Below, in pieces: positions 55,964-64,000 of a stretch of DNA of 64,000 nucleotides. Source of the DNA: Octopus vulgaris (lineage: Eukaryota); assembly GCA_951406725.2 (NCBI GenBank), contig OX597828.1:32178001-32242000 (forward strand), read 5' to 3'. How positions within the stretch are numbered: position 1 is the first letter of the stretch; every line of letters starts with the position of its first letter. The translations under genes and the position numbers were made by a program. The notes below the pieces were generated by a model. The model had not been told where the DNA came from. It worked only from the letters and a program-made list of their open reading frames with translations, and did not search any database.

Positions 55964-56154
55964 TGCCAGACCAGCAAGGAGAAACGGCTGACCTCCCCCT
56001 GTACGTAGGTTATAATGGTAGCGCGTTCGTGTGTTACATACCTAGCTACAGGCGATGACCTCTTGGGGCAAATCAACAGCAGAATTCATCATATTTTTCT
56101 GCACTGCCATGTTAGTTTGGCGATAACTTTTAATATTCTATATATATTCGTGTG

Positions 56155-56206
<52 letters not shown>

Positions 56207-58150
56207 TGTATGTATATTCATATACATGTCTACTTGTATTCTTATGTTTTATTTTTATATTTACGCATAAAATTCTGCGATGGAATATGCCTGTCTGGCT
56301 CTCTGTGATGGGGTGTGGGTCCATTATGCATGTTTAACTCTGTGTTGCTGTCTACCTCGATGTAAAATAAGTTGTAAGATATTGTGGGAGAATATTAAAC
56401 GTACATATTGCTTTTCACTTAATTGCTTCGTGTCTTCAGAGAATACTACTTCTTAAAGACCGTTTGATCATACTTGTTTAATAAACCGTCAAGTTTTATA
56501 TATTTTCGCAAACATTAATACCTACACGCTTTCACGCCATAACAATATATTTTGGGTTATTAATGAATAAACACACTAGGATATACAAATGCTAATATAT
56601 ACGTATATGTACATACGTATACTTATATGTATTTATGTGTGCATGTATTTGTGTATTTGTTTGTTTTTGTGTATGTGAGTGTGTGCGTGTGTGTGAGATT
56701 TGATTTTAATCTCAGTGCGAACATCTTTGAAGCTAACGATATTCTTTATTTTGCCTTCTTTACAGTGGACATCTAGCCGTCACAGTCGACTTGTACATCA
56801 CCAAGATACTTGTTGCAATGGTACGCTGGGATACGCGCGAAGTGACCCGCACGTGACATGTTCTGATATGCGGTGTTGTAACACAAGTGAGACTGTAGCT
56901 GTATACCCAATCAATGATGTACTGGGATTTCGTTTTCGCTGTGTGGTGAGTTTTACATTAATCCTAAAAAAATTATTTTTTCCGAAAAATAGCTCAGTAT
57001 ATTTAGAGGTATTTTCCTTCACTATCTAATGATAAATCTAATGATAAACCTTGATAAGTATCTGGGTGATTATTTGTATATGTATGTCTAATCGACATGG
57101 ACTTTTGTGTGATGTAACACACAAAAAACACTTGCATGTAAGCACACATACACATACGCATGTATAGATGACTTATGTGTCTTCTGATTGAAAGTATTGT
57201 CATCCCTACAATAAAATATCAAAACCTGACAAATCGGTACCGATGGAGATTACCAGATCCTTTTCATTAAAACCCAAGTACTGAACTATACTTCAGAATT
57301 AGGTTCGTTTTACACATACAAAATCTTCAAATCTCTATGGCGTTCCAAACCTATATATCTTCCCTACAGCTACATGTGACAATATCTCACACACATATCC
57401 CCAAAGTAAGGAAACAATGCTGATACTAATAATCCTTATAGAAGCAATCAACTCTGTCATTCCAAATTGCTTAACTGCAAACATTTCTTTGTTTCCAAAT
57501 TCAGGACAAAAAGAACGTCCATTTACAAAGAATGACGTAGTCCTGACCTGAGTTTACACCATTTCAAAGATACACTACTAGTTACACACCAAACCAAACA
57601 AAATTTCCTCACAAAAATTGTAATTACCCTACGCCTTACAAATACATACTTCCAACCATACTACTTTACAGGCTTCCAACCCATTTTCATCTTTAACCAA
57701 ATTATAATAAAAATCATTTTACATTGCTTCGACTACCCTCCCGCACACACAAGCACGAAATTAAAACACTTGTTGAAACAAAAGAAACACCAAAATTTAG
57801 CGAAAACGACAGAGTTATATCTCCGACGTCTACTCAATATTTTCTTGTAAAAGATTAATATAATTAAACTTTAAAATTATAGCGCAACCCTTCCGTTTAA
57901 CGTGAGATTGTTTTCTTTTCTACAACATGATATAAAAGAAACAAGTTAAGCAATCTACCCTGATATTCTGCTCCTCCATCTTTATGTACGCATTGCGTAG
58001 TTATATTTACATTTGTAAATAATGGTTGAACACTGCTTCAATGTATCCGCATTATGCATAAAAGCATGTATATGTATACGCGTGTTTGTGTGTGTATGAA
58101 AACGCATGTATCTTCACTGGGTTGTTTTGATGAGTATGATTCCTCTGTAT

Positions 58151-58193
<43 letters not shown>

Positions 58194-58491
58194 CATATGC
58201 ATATATCATTGTGAACAGATATATACAAACATAATGTTTTTTTCAAAAATTATGGAAAGTGAAACAACCATAAAGTGACTAAATGGTTAATTAATAAGTT
58301 AAAACAGTTAAACAATGCTTGGTTTCAGTGAAACCAAGTAAATAGACTTCTACGATTTTAATCGAACTTCAAAATAATGACACAAATTTAATAGGTGATA
58401 ATTGCGATTTCCATTACAGATTAGAGAAATTGAGAAATATTTCTATTAATCTTCAAATTGTATTACTAGGAAATTTGCACATATTTGATAA

Positions 58492-58537
<46 letters not shown>

Positions 58538-58588
58538 TACATACACATATTCATACATATATTCATATAAATATACATATATTAATAT

Positions 58589-58752
58589 GCGCAGACATGT
58601 CTGTGTGGTGAAAAAATCTGTTTCCCAACCAGGTTTCGAGGTCCAAACTCAGTGTGCCGCAACTTCGGCAAGCAACTTCTATTATAACCTCGCGCCGACG
58701 AATGCACCGTGTGTCGATTTGGTAGGTGGAAACTGAAAGAATCCCACCGTGT
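58589..58752 (+). mobile_element. SINE family B head, old
   Basis: gcgcagacatgtctgtgtggtg..cttcggcaagc..gatttggtaggtggaaactgaaagaatccc. Confidence 0.72.
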
Positions 58753-59111
58753 AAATATATATGTATATATATATATGGTCAAGAAAAAAAGAAAATGGAG
58801 ATAAATCAATTAATAAGAATATTTAACTGCAAAATACACGTAATCTCTATCAGCTGTTTCGATTCGTACTTTAAAGATTATAATCAGGATAATTCAAGCA
58901 TTTTATGAAGCAGAATCTCGTCAGAGGCAGAAAAAGGATATATCGTTATCCGATTAGGTGTTACGCCTACAGAACTTTACAGAAAACTGTTTATTGTTAT
59001 ACGGATAAATTTGGTATAAAACATTTAGGTGGGTTATTGGGTGTAAATTTAGAGAGGAAGCAAATATATAACAATATACTTTGCATAATAGTTAGAAGGT
59101 ATAGAGAGGCG

Positions 59112-59282
59112 CCATAAACTAAAGAAGTAAATAATAGTATCATCCACTCGATATGTGTAAATGTCAAAGTTTAAGTGGATTTAAGCAATTTATCACAGAG
59201 AAACTTAACAGAAACCCTTCGGTTACATAAAATTTGCTCTCCTATGAAGCGTTATCTTAAGTAGTATATTTTCTTTCCCAAG
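59112..59282 (+). repeat. Direct repeat of 60893-61092
   Basis: ataatagtatca..taaatgtcaaagt.taagtggatttaagcaatttat..cagaaacccttcggttacata..ctatgaagcgttatcttaagtag..ctttcccaag shared by both copies. Confidence 0.9.
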
Positions 59283-59329
59283 GGGACAAACTGAGGCACA
59301 AAAACATACAGACTTATATACATGTGTGT

Positions 59330-59946
59330 GTGTGTATGTGTAAGTATGTAAATTATTGTGTCTTCCTTTGTCCCCTACTACTACTTTACAACCGCTGCTG
59401 GTGTGTTTACGATCTTGCAACTTAGCTGTTCGGCAAAATAGACATTTATAAATAAGTATCGGTCTTCTGAAAATTATTTTAAGGCAATGCCCCAGCATGG
59501 CCGCAGGATACTGACTGAAAGAAGTAAAATATAGAAGATAAAAATTATATATATATACATACAGGCACAGGAGTGGATGCGTGGTAAGTAGCCTGCTAAC
59601 CAACCACATTGTTCCGGGTTCAGTCCCACTGCGTGGCATCTTCTGCTATGGCCCCGGGCTGACCAATGCCTTGTGAGTGGATTTGGTAGACGGAAACTGA
59701 AAGAAGCCTGTCGTATATATGTATATATATATGTGTGTGTATGTGTGTGTGTTGGTGTTTGTCCCCCCAACATCGCTTGACCACCGATGCTGGTGTGTTT
59801 ACGTCCCCGTCACTTAGCGGTTCGGCAAAAGGGACTGATAGAATAAGTACTGGGCTTACAAAGAATAAGTCCCGGGGCCGAATTGCTCGACTAAAGGCGG
59901 TGCTCCAGCAGTCAAATGACTGAAATAAGTGAAAGAGAGAGAGTAA
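59330..59946 (+). mobile_element. Old SINE B 3' half (59330-59543) followed by a full-length SINE B (59564-59946)
   Basis: Two successive 3' modules gctggtgtgtttacg..cttagc.gttcggcaaaa; the second copy has head ggcacaggagtgg..ggttcagtcccactgcgtggca. Confidence 0.9.
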
Positions 59947-60429
59947 GGAGTATATACTTACATAGAGAAACGTCCAGAAACAAATATTTATGCATTTATT
60001 TGAATAGAGATGCGTATACAGACGTATACCAAAGACTTGTTTTACGTTTCTTCTCTGTACGAGAACTCAGAAGAGCTAGAAAGCAGATTGCAAAAAATGT
60101 GGAGCCACAGAAAGGAAATGAGCTTGTCCTGTTTCTTCTCTATTTTTATATATTTTCGAGTTGTTTTAACCTGTTTATAAAAAAAATATTTCCTTTCAGT
60201 TCACCCAAAATAAAGGAAACCCACTGTCACGGTTCTATTTTCATTTCCTTCTGGAATTTTGCCTCGTCTTTCATCAATGTTTTATAAAGTTTTAAGCACT
60301 AATCATGGCTTCGTAAATGAATTCTGCACTATTCTTATCCTCTAACGTCACCTAAGCTTTCCGTTATATCAGCAGAAACCAAAATAAAGCACATTAGATT
60401 AGTAGGAGATGAGAAGATAGGATTATTAC

Positions 60430-61807
60430 TTACTTTCACAATTTAGAAATTACAAAAAGAAACAAACCAATGGTAATAAATGTCGTCATACACATTTTTT
60501 TAGCATAAACGACTGGAAATTGACATCCACGTGCAATGAGCATTTGAAAATCTGAAGGAAATGTTGTATGTTTGTGTGGTTGATACGTCAGCATGTCATG
60601 ACTCGCTTCGATACTGTCTATAGAAACTACACATCCCAATACATTAACGGGTAAAAGAAAGTATCAGAAATTGCTTAGCCATTTGTCATTTATTCTGAAA
60701 CATAATTTTTTGTTTGTTTTTAATGTTTAATCTTAGTAGCATGTGTGCAAAATACATCAACGTCTCTATCAGAATCTACAGAACATTTGAATTGAATTAT
60801 AAGAAGATGTAAATTCCTACATAATCTTCTACTGGATGCGATGTGGAATAGTTTAGAAATATATATCATGTAAAACCGATGTCACACAGGTACCATATAA
60901 CAAAGATACTGATAATAGTATCACCCAATAGGTACGAATAAATGTCAAAGTGTAAGTGGATTTAAGCAATTTATTATGGAGAAATATCACAGAAACCCTT
61001 CGGTTACATAGAATTTGTCTTGTGAAATGTTCGTTCGGGATTTCTGCTCTGCTATGAAGCGTTATCTTAAGTAGAGTATTTACTTTCCCAAGAATCTTAG
61101 CTTTATTCGTGAAATCACAATTTACTTCAAATGCATTATGCTTGAAGTAATCTTCATTTCACCAAAACCTAATCCAACTAGTTCAGTAGGTTATTTCAAT
61201 TTCCAATATCTGCTATCTTAGAAGACCCATTCTGATGATTAAAGCGTTTTATCAGTCCGTAAATGAATTCCGGGAAAATTACATTATGCAAACAATAAAT
61301 ATTATGAAACATATCTGGATAAGTGTTAGACATTCATATATAAATGGAGTTTTAGAATCAAATATTACCAAAAGTTGTTAAGACAAGTAGGATAGCAAAC
61401 GAAGTTGTCGCAGCAATATATTGGAAATTAGCACAAGAAAATTTGTTTGAATTTATTGGTGCATGTGATATTCACAACATATTGTATACTGAGAAAGAAA
61501 TCAACTATAAATATCTTAATGACATAACTAAACCAGTTTGAGTCTGCTTCGGATGGTAATAGGCGACGCGTGCACACGAATAAACTCACCTAAATTTCTT
61601 ACAAGATAACTCAAAGCATAAAAGTTTAAAATATCCAAAATGGTCGAGTTGAATCGTAATGGAGAAGGAATAGTAGTTAGAAAGAAGTGGTCGAAGCAGT
61701 CGAAACCTGATGCCGTCATGGATAAACCAAAGAGAATCATTGTTTATATATTGTGTACGTCAGAATTTCTTCTTGCCTTAAATAAAATGAATGCACATTA
61801 CAAATAA
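60430..61807 (+). pseudogene. Tentative decayed Cys-loop (nAChR-like/chemotactile-like) receptor
   Basis: Colinear fragments across frames: NDWKLT, SEGNVVCLCG*YVSMS*, FDT, KPFGYI, SFGISALL*SVIL, FPKN..ITIYFKCIM, KW..AVMDK..IIVYIL; the spacing requires large deletions. Confidence 0.35.
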
Positions 61808-61885
61808 ATAGATTCGAAGACTTAACATACATCAGCGTCCCAATTGCAACGCGTCTTATCACACTATCTGTCACAGTTTAACTCA

Positions 61886-62078
61886 TATTCTTTTCTACTC
61901 TACGCACAACTCCCGAAAGATTGGGCGGCGTGAGGCCAGTCGATTAGATCGACCCCAGTACGCAACTGGTACTTAAGTTATCGACACCGAAAGGAGTTTG
62001 AACTCAGAACGTAAATACAAACAAAATGCCGCTAAGCATTTCACTCGGAGGCTATAGTTTCTGCCAGCTTGCCGCCTT
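61886..62078 (-). mobile_element. SINE family A (tail type 2), internally deleted
   Basis: cagtcgattagatcgaccccagtacgcaactggtac..tttgaactcagaacgta..ttctgccagcttgccgcctt; degenerate TSD agtttaactca / agtttatctca. Confidence 0.88.
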
Positions 62079-62514
62079 AGAGTTTATCTCAATTGTCATT
62101 GACAATATTCGAGCGTGACAAAGGAATACGGCGTTAGAGTAATATCTACATGCGATCATCTATCAGTTGCATATCGATGGTTTTTATAGCGTTTCACCTG
62201 CCAATTATGAACGAACACTGCAGAGTTAAATTTTTTTTATTTGTGGATATGTATATATACATATATTTATATACTTGTCGATATGCGTTTATCTCCTGAT
62301 TATGTTTCCTTTCTGTAACTATATACATACACACACACTCACACACACACATATATATATATATATACATATATATGAGTATGCATATGTGTGTGAGTGC
62401 TTGTGTGTGTTTGTGTGTGAGAGATTATGTGCACGTGTATGTACGTATATATTATTCTAGTATATCAAACACATAAATAGATATGCATAGATAGAGAGAT
62501 AAGTATAGACGGTG

Positions 62515-63330
62515 AGAAACAAAAAAGATTGGTGTCTATGCAGCAAGCAGATGTATTAGTTTAATGCTCTGGAAATGAGAAAGACTTTTATGTTTCGAGC
62601 CTACGCTCTTCAACAGAAAGGAACACAGAAATAAACAGGGAGAGAAAATAGAAAAAAACGTTTATTGGCTAGCGATCTATCATGCAAGAAAAAGGGGTCA
62701 CACAAGAGAGCTAGAGAGAAGGGGAGATAATAAACTAGTGATGATCACAAAAGGAAAATACATCAACGTGCTTGTGTTTGTGACTGTGTATATGTGCGTG
62801 TGGAACGGGGTTGGTGACCTTGACGTGTGAATGTGTGCATATGTAGGTATGTGGACGATGGTGTAGGTGCTGGGAAGTGGTCAGTGCTAGTGTGTGCGGG
62901 GTGGTGTGATGTGGTGGGGTATTGTAATGTGTGGTGTGATAGTTTTAGGGTGTAAGGAGGCGAGAGTAGTGGAAGCAGGGGGTCTAAGTGATGGGGTGGG
63001 GTTACGAGGGGTAGGGTGACGATGGAAGGGAGTGTGTGAAAGGGAACTATGCATGTATATATATTATGTATATTCACTAATGTTCGCATATAGATAGATA
63101 CATACATAATTACATACATATATAGATATAGGTGTGTGTGTGTGTGATTCAAAATCTGCAAAACAGCAGACAGAAGGCAGAAGATAAAGGCAGGTGTGGG
63201 AATAACAAACAAGGTGTATTAATCCGATGCGCAGGAAAAAGTGGAAATGTCTTTGACCTTTGGAGACTGCGCTTTTCTACAGTAAGGAACGAAGAAGGAA
63301 AACAATGGAGAGAGGAAAGTAAACAGAAAG
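62515..63330 (-). mobile_element. Penelope-like non-autonomous element: two terminal units with a GT-rich spacer
   Basis: Minus strand cttt-CTGTTGA-a-gagc(gtag)gctc-GAAAC-ATA-aaag at 62585-62620; decayed second unit 63145-63330 matches the reverse complement of 43600-43750. Confidence 0.65.
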
Positions 63331-63765
63331 ATTAAAATGTAATTATTGTCTTGTTTAAGCTATCCCCAGACATACCTGCACACTTGTTCATACTAACACA
63401 TAAGCCATTTACGAATATGAAATAAAAATGTTTGACTGAAACAAATTTGAATAATGTTTTGTTCCTGGCATGTACGCCATGTTCTCAGCAAAAGTGAAAT
63501 TTTCCCATCGGCATATTTCTGCGTTCACCCACAGCACAAGCTTTTAATAATTGTTCGTGCACCCGTGAACATTCACACTAGTCTAGTCACGCAAAGTGAC
63601 CTAAGAATATTGTGTAGATCTGTAGGAAAATAGGTTTAGCGAGCATAAATGTGATAATATATCTTTGATCTCTAAATATAATTAAATGATACTATAACAC
63701 TGTATGTGTTCGTTAAGCGAAGCGTATTTTAACGTCCGCATATCTATGCATGTATTGAAGTATCA

Positions 63766-63799
<34 letters not shown>

Positions 63800-64000
63800 G
63801 TGTGTGTATGTGTGTATGTGTGTGTGTGTGTATACACAAACATACATGTACATATATACTGATGAGACAAAGCATTATAATATGTAATGGAAGAGGTTTC
63901 CTTTACTGGAACTTTGTAATATTAACGGTACCATTTTAATCAACATTATATAAGTCTAAATCAAAGGTGAGCGAGAATGGGTTTGGATACAAAACATAAG

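Larger units (their letters stand above)
55150..56140 (+). mobile_element. Penelope/retrozyme-like array: inverted partial units plus two tandem HHR-bearing units
   Basis: 55360-55507 is the reverse complement of 55677-55830; 55503-55780 repeats directly at 55864-56140; part of the inverted arm is duplicated at 55150-55215. Confidence 0.8.

Noticed and set aside
56740-56830. Candidate exon (pyrimidine tract ..ctttacag, then ..caatg|gtacgc)
   Set aside because: Splice-like signals are common by chance; no recognisable peptide or partner exons; needs RNA-seq.
57200-57540. Possible Penelope RT/GIY-YIG remnants (LYGVP-like)
   Set aside because: Too fragmentary to support without an alignment.

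Overview
This is eukaryotic, AT-rich, repeat-dominated DNA with no intact host gene that I can support. The SINE families and the very dense (TA)n/(CA)n/(ATT)n microsatellites look like octopus (coleoid cephalopod) intergenic or intronic sequence; that assignment is from recognition, not a search. Almost all ORFs in the track are microsatellite translations. Supported content: three tRNA-derived SINE families (labelled A, B, C here, many copies with TSDs), a 5'-truncated CR1/L2-type LINE, four R4/Dong-type LINE fragments (three abutting (TAA)n), decayed Tc1/mariner and Merlin transposases, and several Penelope-like remnants with minimal type I hammerhead ribozyme (HHR) motifs. Main highlights: (1) a retrozyme/Penelope-like tandem-plus-inverted array at 55.1-56.1 kb with a 361-nt HHR-to-HHR unit and a U3-A8 covariant core; (2) a ~1.46-kb palindrome with SINE triplication at 14.1-15.9 kb that fits multiple template switches; (3) a 5'-inverted SINE with TSD at 45.4-45.8 kb that fits twin priming; (4) a tentative, heavily decayed Cys-loop receptor-like pseudogene at 60.4-61.8 kb.
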